A stretch of 64,000 nt of DNA, taken from Deltaproteobacteria bacterium. GTDB taxonomy: Bacteria > JAGRBM01 > JAHCIT01. A program made the translations under genes and the position numbers. This document shows, in pieces, positions 38,875 to 48,526 of this stretch; the stretch's first letter is position 1, and the number at the start of each line of letters is the position of its first letter. The stretch is from the NCBI GenBank assembly GCA_026129095.1, contig JAHCIT010000003.1:186001-250000 (forward strand), read 5' to 3'. The notes beneath the pieces are model-generated. The model worked only from the letters and a program-made list of their open reading frames with translations, did not search any database and was not told where the DNA came from.

Positions 38875-39711
38875 ATGATGGACCTCAACCTGATCCCTGC
38901 CGACTATGCGGCCCTGCTGGCGACCGGGATGATCGCCGGGTACATCGGCGGTCTGCTCGGACTTGGCGGCGGCGTCATCATGGTCCCGGTCCTGTTTGAA
39001 CTCCTGCCCCATGTTATCGGCCCGCACCCGCAAACGGCACAAGTCGCCGTGGCGACATCGCTCGGATGCGTGTTTTTCACGTCGGTTTCATCCGCCCACG
39101 CGCACCATGGCAAACGGAATATCGACTGGCGGCTCGCCGCCCTGGCTGCGCCGATGAGCGCCGCAGGCGCATTCATCGTCACGAGGTTTGCACTGAGGAT
39201 CGGCGAGGATTCGCTCAAGATCGCGTTTGGCATATTCCTCGCCGCCATGGCCGTGCGGCTGTGGCTGTTCGACTCGGCAAGAACCGCCTCGGACGACAAG
39301 CCGGTCAGGGGCGTCACGCAGTTTGGCAAGGGGGCTGTAATTGGCATTCTGATCGGTTTGGTGGGCGGCCTGTTTGGGATCGGTGGCGGATCGCTGGCCG
39401 TCCCCGCATTCGTCCTGCTCATGCACAAGCCGGTTCACCGGGCCGTGGGGACTTCCAGCGTCGTAGGCGCAGCCTCCGGGCTGGTTGGCACGGCTGGCTA
39501 CCTGACCGCCGTGCCATCGCAACCGGTTCCGGGCGGCATCGGCATCGTGATCCCCGGCCTTGTGATCCTGCTGGCCGTGGCGTCCATTTTCTTCGCCCAG
39601 CTCGGAGCGCGCCACGCCACCCGGATGGAACCGGCGAAACTCCGCAGGACGTTTGCCTTCGCCCTGTGCCTGATGGGATTTTTCGTGGTTTACCGGACGG
39701 TCACCGGATGA
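38875..39711 (+). CDS. TauE/SafE (TSUP) family transporter
   Basis: GLLGLGGG..VP and GLFGIGGG..VP duplicated motif, ATSL, AVGTS. Confidence 0.9.
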   Translation: MMDLNLIPADYAALLATGMIAGYIGGLLGLGGGVIMVPVLFELLPHVIGPHPQTAQVAVATSLGCVFFTSVSSAHAHHGKRNIDWRLAALAAPMSAAGAFIVTRFALRIGEDSLKIAFGIFLAAMAVRLWLFDSARTASDDKPVRGVTQFGKGAVIGILIGLVGGLFGIGGGSLAVPAFVLLMHKPVHRAVGTSSVVGAASGLVGTAGYLTAVPSQPVPGGIGIVIPGLVILLAVASIFFAQLGARHATRMEPAKLRRTFAFALCLMGFFVVYRTVTG

Positions 39712-39729
39712 GACGGGGAGTTACCGCAG

Positions 39730-40002
39730 TCAGCCTTTCGCCGGTATCCTTGTTGTAATCGCCAGTGCGTGAATCTTGCCGTCGCCCAGCAGGTCTTTCA
39801 GGGCCTCGTTGACGAGCCGGTGCTGCTCCACAAGTCCGAGTCCCCGGAACCGCTCGCTCTCGATCCGCACGGCGAAATGTCCCCCGCCCGACTGGCGTGC
39901 CCCGGCATGACCGGCATGGGCGGCGGAGTCGTCGTCGATTTCAAGCACCGTCGGCTGGAACTTTTCGGCCAGTATCCGGCGGATGGTATCTGCGGTATTC
40001 AC
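39730..40002 (-). CDS. bolA: BolA family protein
   Basis: DDSAAHAGH, HF...S..F.G...QHRLV, IHAL. Confidence 0.93.
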   Translation of the reverse strand: MNTADTIRRILAEKFQPTVLEIDDDSAAHAGHAGARQSGGGHFAVRIESERFRGLGLVEQHRLVNEALKDLLGDGKIHALAITTRIPAKG

Positions 40003-40799
40003 GGTTCTTCCTCCGTCACCGGAAACTGGCCGGTGGAGCCGGTAAACCAGTCAGGGGCGTAGCCTACTTGCTTGAGATAAAGGCCCCAGGCCGGCGCTGT
40101 CAGCCCCGCGAGCCGCCGGTCACGGGCCTTGAGCGTTTCAGCGATCCAGCCGGGCGGCCGCTTGCCCCGCCCCACGTCTACTAGACTTCCCGTGATCGTG
40201 CGGACCATCTGCTTGAGGAAACCGGACCCCTCGACTTCGATGTGCAGCTCCGGTGCCGTCAAACCCGCGTGTTCGATGATGTCAATCCGGGTCAGGGTCT
40301 TGGTCCGGTTCGGCTCGGCATCAGCGGCGCAAAAACTCGTGTAGTCGTGCGTCCCGATAAACGCCTTTGCGGCTTCCCGCATGGCTCCCACGTCCGGCTC
40401 TTTCGGAAGCTTCCACGCCCGGTGATGTTCCAGAGCCGATCCAACACCCCTCAGCAGCAGGCGGTAGAGATAAATCTTGCTCTCCGCGCACCGGATCGGG
40501 TGGAACCCCTCCCTCGCTTCCCGCGCCTCGACAACGCGAATATCCGCCGGAAGAAGCACGTTAAGGCCTTCACGGAAGGCAGTGAGTGGCGCACCTTGTG
40601 CGGTGCCGAACGTGGCCACCTGCCCCAGTGCGTGCACACCGGCATCGGTCCGCCCTGCCCCGGTCAGACTGGCCGGCGCGCCCGTACGCTGCTCCAGGGC
40701 CCGGCACAGCGTCTCCTGGATGGACGGGCCGTTCTGCTGGCTCTGCCAGCCCACATAGGCCGTGCCGTCATACTCGATCACAAGGGCGATGGTTCGCAT
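39999..40799 (-). CDS. truA: tRNA pseudouridine(38-40) synthase
   Basis: YDGT.Y.GWQ, AGRTDAGVHA.GQ, FLKQMVR, TAPAWGLYL. Confidence 0.96.
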   Translation of the reverse strand: MRTIALVIEYDGTAYVGWQSQQNGPSIQETLCRALEQRTGAPASLTGAGRTDAGVHALGQVATFGTAQGAPLTAFREGLNVLLPADIRVVEAREAREGFHPIRCAESKIYLYRLLLRGVGSALEHHRAWKLPKEPDVGAMREAAKAFIGTHDYTSFCAADAEPNRTKTLTRIDIIEHAGLTAPELHIEVEGSGFLKQMVRTITGSLVDVGRGKRPPGWIAETLKARDRRLAGLTAPAWGLYLKQVGYAPDWFTGSTGQFPVTEEEP

Positions 40800-41320
40800 C
40801 AGGGTTTCACGATGGCGAGGAACAGGAGCACCGGGATGAATACCGCCACCAGTGGAGACGCCACCCGGAAGAATTGCCAGTGGAACCTCACCAGGGATTC
40901 ATAGCGATCCGGATTCCCCGCCAGCCGCGTCTTTTCCTTGTTGCCGCCCATGTGGGACAGCCAGATGTCGAGAATCTCCATTGGAATGAAGATCAGCACG
41001 ACAATGGCCAGCTTCCACAGGAGCCACCGCCGGTCCAGCCCCCATCCGGCGGCAAAGAACATCATCAAACCTGTCACGATGGCCACACCGAAGGCGATAT
41101 GCTCAATGGAAGCGCCCCGGTCGAACTGCTCCAGCGTCCAGTCCTTGCGGCGCCTCAGTTCGGCGTCCGACCGGTTGCGCCGCCAGTCCAGATGGGCCTG
41201 GCGGACAAACCAGTAGAAGGCGACCGACGTGCTCCAGGCCCAGAGCGTCACGGCGCACACATGCACGAACTTGATGTACAGGTAGTACGGCGCCACATGT
41301 TCCTGCATGAACGTCTGCAT
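40799..41320 (-). CDS. Four-TM membrane protein (DUF2269/CopD-like)
   Basis: IKFVHV, WLLWKL, C-terminal LAIVKP. Confidence 0.65.
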   Translation of the reverse strand: MQTFMQEHVAPYYLYIKFVHVCAVTLWAWSTSVAFYWFVRQAHLDWRRNRSDAELRRRKDWTLEQFDRGASIEHIAFGVAIVTGLMMFFAAGWGLDRRWLLWKLAIVVLIFIPMEILDIWLSHMGGNKEKTRLAGNPDRYESLVRFHWQFFRVASPLVAVFIPVLLFLAIVKP

Positions 41321-41386
41321 CGGAAGGAAGCTCCCCGGCGCGGATCATTCCCCCGCGGGCGGCAAAAATCCAGCAAGGCCCCGGTC

Positions 41387-42175
41387 TTACCGGAACAGGA
41401 AGGAAATCCCGCCGTCCACCACCCAGCCGGTGAAGCGGATTCCCTCGCCCCGGATCGTCGTACCGGTAACGGGATCGGTAATACGGCCGCCGCCTGGGGC
41501 GGATGCGTTCCGCCAGCGGCCGCGGGCGAAGATAGAGGTGTCGTGCAAGCCGGTCCGCCGCGCCGTGGTGGCGGCATACCGGTCAAACCGGTTCAGCGAG
41601 AGATTGAGCTGCACTTCCGCATGCCAGCCGTATTTCATCCCCTTGGTCGTCCCCGCAAGCGAGGGTTGCGAAGGCAGATCGACCTTGTTGATATAGATAT
41701 CGAAGTCCGGCCCCACGCCGAAGGAGGGCCAGAGCCACTGCCTCTCCGAATAACGGGCATGGTAGGAAACGGTCAGGTCCAGCGGAATGCCGTGAATGCG
41801 GTCCTTGAGGTCCGGCAGCACCGAGACATTCTTGCGCTCCGAGTAGCTGTATCCGGCTCCGAGCGAGAACTGGAGACTGCCCATGTCCTTGTGCCCTTGC
41901 CCGAAGGTCTGCGCAACAAGCCGCGGCGCCAGGATACCGAACCGGACCACCGCGCCGGGATTCACGTTCCCGTATGAGGACTCGAAGATCCGCTGGTAAG
42001 GGAAAAAGTGGGAATACCCCAGCTCCAGCGAATAGAGGTACCGCCTGCCGCGGCCGATCCTGTCCAGGTCGGGATTCCCGGATTGTGCAAGCGCAGGGGA
42101 ACCGGCTGCCAGTACGCCGAAGAGAGCCGACAGCCCTGCCAGCATCACCCGGTACCGGAAAAACCGGTGGCTCAC
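41387..42175 (-). CDS. Outer-membrane beta-barrel (MXAN_2562-like)
   Basis: GTG start overlapping upstream stop; signal peptide SPALA; amphipathic strands; C-terminal GISFLFR. Confidence 0.65.
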   Translation of the reverse strand: MSHRFFRYRVMLAGLSALFGVLAAGSPALAQSGNPDLDRIGRGRRYLYSLELGYSHFFPYQRIFESSYGNVNPGAVVRFGILAPRLVAQTFGQGHKDMGSLQFSLGAGYSYSERKNVSVLPDLKDRIHGIPLDLTVSYHARYSERQWLWPSFGVGPDFDIYINKVDLPSQPSLAGTTKGMKYGWHAEVQLNLSLNRFDRYAATTARRTGLHDTSIFARGRWRNASAPGGGRITDPVTGTTIRGEGIRFTGWVVDGGISFLFR

Positions 42176-44166
42176 GGGCGCATTCCCTTCCGCCGTCTGG
42201 TGGCCCGCATCACTCCGATAACCAGAAAGACCGCCATCGGCAGTGCAAGCCGGGCTCCCGAACGGCCGGTCTGGCAGCCGAACCCGCCGTCCTCCCCAAA
42301 CAGGGCCAGCGCGCCGATGGGAAGCGGGGAGCTGTAGCTCTGGCCCGAGAAGCTGGCGCTGCGGTTGCCCGCACGGTCGCGCACGGCGACGGCAGCGAGC
42401 CAGGTCTCGTCTATCCCGAAGCCGGTCCCCGTGATGCCAATGGTTGTCGAGGTCGCCGGGGCGGGCACTGCGGCGTAACGCACCACCGAGGGATCGGAAG
42501 TGGACTGGATGCGGACGATGTAGGTGCCGGGGCCTGAAATTACCTGTCCGGGGCCTGAACGGAGTCCGGCGCAGACAGTGGCATCTGCGCTCGGGCAGGT
42601 GTCGCTGGCGCTGCTCCACTGGACGGCGACGAATGTCCCGGTGGACTGGGCGACGGGGGCGGACATGTTCGCCGGCCGCTCCAGGTCCAGCCGCAGTATC
42701 CGCATGAGCTGGATGACGCTGTCGCCGCCCGTGGAGGCGGCCTCGAACCGGGCCTCGACCACCTGCGATTCGGTCAGGAGTTCCAGGTCGGATGCGGAAA
42801 TCTGGATGTTCCCGCCGGAGGCCGAGACGGCATTGAGTGTGAGCACGTTGCCCGACGGATAGAGCGTCACTTCCAGCGATACCGGGTCCAGGCTGGAGCC
42901 TGCCGCCGTGGTGAAGGGCAGGGACACGGGGGATAGCGGCCGGTCGCCGTCCACGCCGTCCGGATCGAACAGCGGGTCGGTACCGATCGTGTTGTTGTGG
43001 GTGGCGAACGCCAGTTCCGCAAAGCCGGGAAGGAACTGCGGCGCCGAGCTAACGGCAAACACCCGCCCGCCGTTGGAGGGCAGCACCAGCAGGCTTTCGT
43101 CGAACGCCATCCGCCGCCGGCCCGTGAACATCGGTGTCTCGGAGGGGATGTCCAGCAGGACGTTGTTGACCGCCGGTGGTCCGGGTACCGGACAGGCGCC
43201 GGCCTCCACTGCGTTCACGTTCGTGTAGACCACCGTGTAGACGGCCCCGGTCTCGATCAGGAACGCAAGGTGGTGGTCGGGCGTACTGTCCGTGTCCGTG
43301 AACGCCAGCATCGAGAGCGCACCGGCCCCGACATGCTGGTTGTTCGTGCAGAGCGTGTCGTCCGTTGTGTTGATGACGATGTATCCGGCATTGGTGTTCC
43401 CGCCGTTCGTATAGGCGACATAAAGATAGGTGCCCCCGATTCCCGTGATCTCGTAGGGAATGAACCCGCTCAAGGGGACGCCGCTCAGGCTGGTGAGAAC
43501 ACCGGGAGTGGCGGGGAAACCGCTCAGGACATCTATCGTGCCGTCACCGCACGAGACATACACCTTGCCGTTCGCCGCAACACCGATGCCGTGGGGATCG
43601 GATCCGTTGCAAACCGTGATGTCGGAACCGACCTTGACCGGCGTGGCGACGCTGTTGTCGATCACCGAGACCGACTTGGCGGTGCCGCGATTTCCGGCCA
43701 GCACCCGGTCAATACCGGCGTGATAGGCCAGCGGGCCGGGGTTGTCGCCGGCGGGGACTCCGATGGAGACGAGGCGGGTGATCTCCGGGGCGTCGCCGGT
43801 AACACCGGAAATATCCAGCGCCTCCACCCGGTCGAGGCCCGAACAGGAAACATAGAGGCGGCTTCCGGCGCGAATGAGATCAACCGGCACGCAGGCGGCG
43901 AGCAGGTTGAACGTGGAGCGCACCTCCAGCCGCCACCGGTCAATGATGCTGAGTTGGCTGGCGGCCGAATCGATCACGAACACAAACCGGCCGCTGGCAT
44001 CGAAAACCGATCCCCTGGCGGCCGAACCGGTGGTACCGACCGGAATGGTGGCGCGGATATCCTCTGGAACAGCCCCGGCGAGCCCCGGAAGTCCCAGCAC
44101 AACGGCCAGAACGGCGGCAATCAGCCCGGATGACCGGCGTCCAGAAAATGAAGTGAGTTCCTTCAT
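42172..44166 (-). CDS. Secreted YncE-like beta-propeller/FN3 surface protein with MYXO-CTERM-like tail
   Basis: Signal peptide; YVSC/VSVID propeller blades; AVRDRAGNRS FN3 end; tail GGFGC-hydrophobic-RRRK. Confidence 0.75.
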   Translation of the reverse strand: MKELTSFSGRRSSGLIAAVLAVVLGLPGLAGAVPEDIRATIPVGTTGSAARGSVFDASGRFVFVIDSAASQLSIIDRWRLEVRSTFNLLAACVPVDLIRAGSRLYVSCSGLDRVEALDISGVTGDAPEITRLVSIGVPAGDNPGPLAYHAGIDRVLAGNRGTAKSVSVIDNSVATPVKVGSDITVCNGSDPHGIGVAANGKVYVSCGDGTIDVLSGFPATPGVLTSLSGVPLSGFIPYEITGIGGTYLYVAYTNGGNTNAGYIVINTTDDTLCTNNQHVGAGALSMLAFTDTDSTPDHHLAFLIETGAVYTVVYTNVNAVEAGACPVPGPPAVNNVLLDIPSETPMFTGRRRMAFDESLLVLPSNGGRVFAVSSAPQFLPGFAELAFATHNNTIGTDPLFDPDGVDGDRPLSPVSLPFTTAAGSSLDPVSLEVTLYPSGNVLTLNAVSASGGNIQISASDLELLTESQVVEARFEAASTGGDSVIQLMRILRLDLERPANMSAPVAQSTGTFVAVQWSSASDTCPSADATVCAGLRSGPGQVISGPGTYIVRIQSTSDPSVVRYAAVPAPATSTTIGITGTGFGIDETWLAAVAVRDRAGNRSASFSGQSYSSPLPIGALALFGEDGGFGCQTGRSGARLALPMAVFLVIGVMRATRRRKGMRP

Positions 44167-44216
44167 TCGAGTGAGGAATTTAACCGATGCACTACAGAAA
44201 AAACACTGAAAAAGCC

Positions 44217-45224
44217 TTAATTTTCAGTAGTTTCCAGACCCAGCAACTGTTCCAGCAAGCGGATTCCATTGTCGGCCACCACCCGCACGTTGTCGGCGGC
44301 CACCCAGAACTGGATTCCGGTCCCGGTCGCCCGGATGCGTCCCACCCCGAACTCCTCGCGGCCGACGAACTCGCTGGCCAGCGGCGGAAGCAGCCTGTCA
44401 CCGCCCTCATCGCAGATCTCGACACGCCCGGCTGCCTCCAGAAGATCGCCCAGTTCTGCCGGATCGAGCCGGGGTGTGGTTTCCAGTTCCACGGCATAGG
44501 TGTTCCCGTAGAAAACCGGCACGAAGGAGCTCATCACCGACACCCTCGCCCGCTCGACGCCGATCAGCTCTGCCAGTTCATCGGCCGCCCGTTTCTCCGG
44601 GTCCGCTGCGCCCGGCATCTGCGCGCCCGGCACCACGTTGAAGGCCAGCCGGCCCCGGTACCGCGCATTGGCTTCAGGGGTTTCCATCGCCAGAAGCTGG
44701 CGTGTTTCTCCGGAGAGCGCCTCGATGCCCTCGCGGCCCGCTTCGCTCAGGGAAAGCGAAGCGGCCACGCGGAGCCGCTCGATCCGGAACCCGGCCTGCT
44801 GCAACGGCGCAATGACCAGGGCAAGTATCGCCGCAGTTGCCGAGGGAACCTGCACCGGAGCGCCAGCCGGAACCCGGCCGCCGAGCTGGCTCACCCGTAC
44901 GGTTCCCGGCCGGGGCGGAGTTGAAAAATCCAGCACGGCCAGTCCCGACTCCGCTGCCTGCGCGCCCCACTCTTCAGTCACGCTGGCAGGGCCGGCGAAG
45001 ACGATGATATCGAGTGATTCCAGCGTTTCGTCCGACAGTGTTTCCATCGGGAGGATGGAACTCCCGAACCCCATGTCGCTGCCCAGCCGGTCGTCCGATT
45101 CAAACAGCCGGAGCCGGGCCACCGGAAATTCGCGCGTGACGAGCGTCCGGAGCAGTTCCTCGGCCAGAACACCTGCCGCGCCGGCGATGCCGATCCGGAA
45201 CGGGCCTCTGGAAGTGGCGGCCAT
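44217..45224 (-). CDS. Usg/Asd2-like aspartate-semialdehyde dehydrogenase homolog lacking catalytic Cys/His
   Basis: GAAG.LA, LSEAG..G..AL, LAFNVVP, VPVFYGN, VGRIR, DNVR; PSAT instead of PNCS. Confidence 0.8.
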   Translation of the reverse strand: MAATSRGPFRIGIAGAAGVLAEELLRTLVTREFPVARLRLFESDDRLGSDMGFGSSILPMETLSDETLESLDIIVFAGPASVTEEWGAQAAESGLAVLDFSTPPRPGTVRVSQLGGRVPAGAPVQVPSATAAILALVIAPLQQAGFRIERLRVAASLSLSEAGREGIEALSGETRQLLAMETPEANARYRGRLAFNVVPGAQMPGAADPEKRAADELAELIGVERARVSVMSSFVPVFYGNTYAVELETTPRLDPAELGDLLEAAGRVEICDEGGDRLLPPLASEFVGREEFGVGRIRATGTGIQFWVAADNVRVVADNGIRLLEQLLGLETTEN

Positions 45225-45231
45225 TTCTGCG

Positions 45232-46329
45232 TCAGGCCTTCAGGTGGTCGAGCAGTGCACGTGTCATCTCGCGGGTGGATGCGGCCGCCTGCCCCTTCAC
45301 AGCGATATCCGGCGTGCGGACCCCGGCGGCCAGCGTGTCGCGGACCGACTTTTCGATGGCGCGGGCGGCCTTCTGCTGCCCAAGCGAATAGTCGAGCATC
45401 ATCGCCACCGACAGCACGGTCGCAATGGGATTGGCCTTCCCTTGCCCGGCGATATCCGGCGCCGAACCATGGACCGGCTCGTACAGGCCGTAGCGGATGC
45501 CGCTGTTGCCGGAGGCCTGGCCCAGCGATGCGCTCGGCAGCAGCCCGATGGAGCCGGTCAGCATGGCGGCCTCGTCGGAAAGGATGTCGCCAAAGAGGTT
45601 TTCCGTCACCAGCACGTCGAACTGGCGGGGATTGCGGATCAGCTGCATCGCCGCATTGTCCACGTACATGTGCTCCAGCGCGACGTCGGGAAACTCCTTG
45701 TGCAGCTCGATGGCGATGTTGCGCCACAACTCGGACACTTCCAGCACGTTCGCCTTGTCCACGCTCGTCACCTTCTTGCGGCGCAGGCGGGCGAGTTCGA
45801 AGGCCAGTTTCACGATCCGGCGGATTTCGCTCTCGCTGTAGGCCATCGTGTTGACGCCATAACGCTCGCCCTGCTCGTTCTTCGTGACGCCCTTCGGTCT
45901 GGCGAAGTAGACCCCGCCGGTCAGTTCCCGGAGAACGAGGACATCAACTCCTTCGACGATCTCCCGCTTCAGCGACGACGCATCGGCCAGCTCCGGAAAA
46001 ACCGTCGCCGGGCGGAGGTTGGCGAACAGGCCGAGCTCGGCCCGGAGCCTGAGCAGTGCCCGTTCCGGCCGGACCTCGTACTTGAGCCCCTCCCATTTCG
46101 GGCCGCCCACCGCGCCCAACAGCGCGAGGTCGGCCTTGGCGATGCCAGCCATCGCCTCATCAGTCAGCGGAATGCCATGCTTGTCGATGGAACAGCCGCC
46201 CACAAGGTAAGTCGTGCGTTCGGTCCTGAAGCCGAACAGCGACTCGGCCCTGTCGAGGATTTCGAGTGCTGCGCCGACCACCTCGGGTCCGATACCATCG
46301 CCGGGAAGCACTGCCAGTTTGATTGTCAT
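45232..46329 (-). CDS. leuB: 3-isopropylmalate dehydrogenase
   Basis: PGDGIGPEV, RELTGG.YF, DKANVLE, NLFGDILSDEA, YEPVHGSAPDIAG. Confidence 0.97.
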   Translation of the reverse strand: MTIKLAVLPGDGIGPEVVGAALEILDRAESLFGFRTERTTYLVGGCSIDKHGIPLTDEAMAGIAKADLALLGAVGGPKWEGLKYEVRPERALLRLRAELGLFANLRPATVFPELADASSLKREIVEGVDVLVLRELTGGVYFARPKGVTKNEQGERYGVNTMAYSESEIRRIVKLAFELARLRRKKVTSVDKANVLEVSELWRNIAIELHKEFPDVALEHMYVDNAAMQLIRNPRQFDVLVTENLFGDILSDEAAMLTGSIGLLPSASLGQASGNSGIRYGLYEPVHGSAPDIAGQGKANPIATVLSVAMMLDYSLGQQKAARAIEKSVRDTLAAGVRTPDIAVKGQAAASTREMTRALLDHLKA

Positions 46330-46449
46330 GGGCGGAAATTGTCCCTTCGCATGAAGTCGGCTCCCGCCGGCCGGTCCGGCCGGGGCCAAGGGCGGCGACT
46401 CTAGCCCAGATGCCGTCAGTGTAAAGGGATCGCGGCGGGGGGATTTCCC

Positions 46450-47952
46450 CTAGTTGGATCCGCCGGGCCGCCCCGTCACCTTCAGCGGGTTGTCATCCAC
46501 ATTCAGGAGTTCCTGCACCTGCTCCGGCTCGAAATCGTAGGCCGTGTAGATGGAAAACCCGACGTAGTATTTGCCCTTGGGGAAGTTCTTCACATCGATC
46601 GTGTAGCCGATCACATGCTGCCCTGGCTCATGCTCCGGTTTGTCCTCCAGTTCCCCGTCGTCGAGAAAATGGAAATCCATCTTCGCGCCGTGCCTGACCA
46701 TCTCCGGATCGTAAATCATGCGCGACATGAGTGCCGCCCGGCTGGGCAGGTAGCCGGCGATCCAGTCCTGGTTCGGCTTCACCCGGTCGATCTCGGCGGG
46801 GCTCATCTTGCCGTCGATCACCAGATCCTTGTTGTCCTTGGTGAATACCCTGGCCCCGTAGGTATTTTTACGGAAGTCGAGCCCGGCGGTGAACCGGCTG
46901 CCTTCACAAACGAAATACTTCGGATTGAACGGCACATACAGGTCGGATGACGCCGCCAGCCCGTTCTCGTAGAACTTGAAATACATGACGATCTTGGGCG
47001 CGAACGGCAGGCGCACACCGGCGATCACGATCCAGAAGATATTGCGACGGAGCAGCCGAACCGGCCCATCCTTGTAACCGATGGTGAAAGCCCTCGCGTT
47101 GTTCTCGTCGAAATTGAGCGAGGCGCAGAACAGGCCAATCGGCCTGATGCGGATCCGCATCTTGAACCGGTCGAGCACGTTCGGAATGACCGGGCTTCCG
47201 GGCGGCTTGCCGACGATGCTCTCCACCAGCATCGGGTTCTCGTCGTTGAAGTCGATCTCGGAAAGGCGCGTCACGATGAAATCCCGCTCCGGGTGATAGG
47301 TGATGTAGTCATCCTTGCTGAGTGGCGGCGGACTGGATGCGAAGAAGAACAGGTAGGCCCAGGCCCTGCCACCGTCCAGGGGATCGGTGATTTCCAGTTC
47401 CACGCCATCAGGTGATGGCCAGGTGTCCCAGGACGCCTGATCCCCGGCATCGCGGCCCATGAAGACGACCTCGTCGTTATAGTCGAGCTTTTCGAGATCC
47501 TCCTCGAAGTAGGCGTTCCGTCTCCGGTCGTCGAGTTCGGCCTGCGTCAGCTTTCCCTCTTCGACCTGGCGTTCCAGCTTCTTCCGCTCGCCCTCGAACT
47601 TCTTGATTCGCCGGGCCCGTTTTTTCTCCTCCGGAACATCCTCGAAGCCGGTTTCGTCCCGGATTTCCTGGGGTATCGTGCTGGTGGCGATAAAATAGTC
47701 GCCGTCACCGTCCACCTTGTCGATCTGGAACGGGATCGCGGCCCAGGCGCCATCACGGCGGACCTGGAGACGCAGGCTGGATATCTTCCTGCCCCAGAGC
47801 GGCTTGACCGGATCGCCCGATACCACCACCGGGTCGATCTCCCGGCGGAGGGACTTGGCCGCCGGAGCCTCCTGCGCCTGCGCCGGAGCAGGCCACAAGG
47901 CGGCCGTTGCCGCGCACAGAATCGCCGCCATTCCGTATGGAAAAATCCGCAT
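46450..47952 (-). CDS. Hypothetical secreted protein
   Basis: Start MRIFPYG with signal peptide ending AQA; IPFQID, DE.VFM..DAG, DGPVR motifs. Confidence 0.75.
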   Translation of the reverse strand: MRIFPYGMAAILCAATAALWPAPAQAQEAPAAKSLRREIDPVVVSGDPVKPLWGRKISSLRLQVRRDGAWAAIPFQIDKVDGDGDYFIATSTIPQEIRDETGFEDVPEEKKRARRIKKFEGERKKLERQVEEGKLTQAELDDRRRNAYFEEDLEKLDYNDEVVFMGRDAGDQASWDTWPSPDGVELEITDPLDGGRAWAYLFFFASSPPPLSKDDYITYHPERDFIVTRLSEIDFNDENPMLVESIVGKPPGSPVIPNVLDRFKMRIRIRPIGLFCASLNFDENNARAFTIGYKDGPVRLLRRNIFWIVIAGVRLPFAPKIVMYFKFYENGLAASSDLYVPFNPKYFVCEGSRFTAGLDFRKNTYGARVFTKDNKDLVIDGKMSPAEIDRVKPNQDWIAGYLPSRAALMSRMIYDPEMVRHGAKMDFHFLDDGELEDKPEHEPGQHVIGYTIDVKNFPKGKYYVGFSIYTAYDFEPEQVQELLNVDDNPLKVTGRPGGSN

Positions 47953-48076
47953 GAGTTTGCCTACCCCTCGAAACCAGAAAGCCTGAATAACCGGAAGCGC
48001 AACTGTAGCCGAGCCCTTTGCCGTGGCAAATGCTGCCGGTTGAGGCCGGTTCATCCAGTTGCAAACATGCAAACAG

Positions 48077-48112
48077 AAAGACCCGGAACCCCTTTCGGTG
48101 TTCCGGGTCTTT
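48077..48112 (-). terminator. Intrinsic terminator of RRM gene
   Basis: AAAGACCCGGAAC-N10-GTTCCGGGTCTTT 13-bp stem ending in T-rich sequence on minus strand. Confidence 0.75.
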
Positions 48113-48133
48113 ACTGGTTCGAAGGAACGGAGC

Positions 48134-48526
48134 TTAGTAGCCGCCGCGCCCGCCGCGATCACCACGGTCACGGCCGCCGTAGCCGCCGCGCCCGCCGCGG
48201 TCACCACCACGGTCACCGCCGTAGCCGCCGCGCCCGCCGCGGTCACCACCGCGGAAGCCGCCGCCTCCACCGCCACCCGGAGCCCGCTCGCGGGCCTCGT
48301 TGATGGTAAGGTTGCGGCCGTTCAGGGCCTTGCCGTTCAGACCGTCCACGGTCTCACGGATGTTGTCGCCATCGGCGACCTCGACGAAGCCGAAGCCCCG
48401 CGAGCGGCCGGTTTCGCGGTCCGTCACGAGCTTGACGCCCGTGACTTCGCAGCCAGCCTCCTCGAAAAAGCGCTGTACATCTTCTGACGTTGCGTTGTAG
48501 GGAAGATTCCCGACGAAGACTCTCAT
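48134..48526 (-). CDS. RRM RNA-binding protein with RGG/Gly-rich tail
   Basis: RNP2 VFVGNL, RNP1 RGFGFVEV, NEARER, GGDRGGRGGY repeats. Confidence 0.93.
   Translation of the reverse strand: MRVFVGNLPYNATSEDVQRFFEEAGCEVTGVKLVTDRETGRSRGFGFVEVADGDNIRETVDGLNGKALNGRNLTINEARERAPGGGGGGGFRGGDRGGRGGYGGDRGGDRGGRGGYGGRDRGDRGGRGGY
48137..48262. repeat. 42-bp imperfect tandem repeat x3 encoding the RGG tail
   Basis: GTAGCCGCCGCGCCCGCCGCG recurs at 48137, 48179, 48221. Confidence 0.85.

Noticed and set aside
36687-38888. 733-aa antisense ORF
   Set aside because: Mirror of glgP caused by high-GC codon bias; same for long antisense ORFs over leuB, nadB, rho, bioA, bioB and the ABC1 kinase
42176-42619. N-terminal extension of the OM barrel ORF
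   Set aside because: Overlaps the upstream gene; signal peptide begins after GTG 42175
47953-48276. N-terminal extension of the 608-aa ORF (Ala/Val/Thr repeats) and the + strand 142-aa ORF
   Set aside because: Alternative-frame shadows of the RRM gene's Gly-rich repeat; they cross its terminator; real start with signal peptide is at 47952
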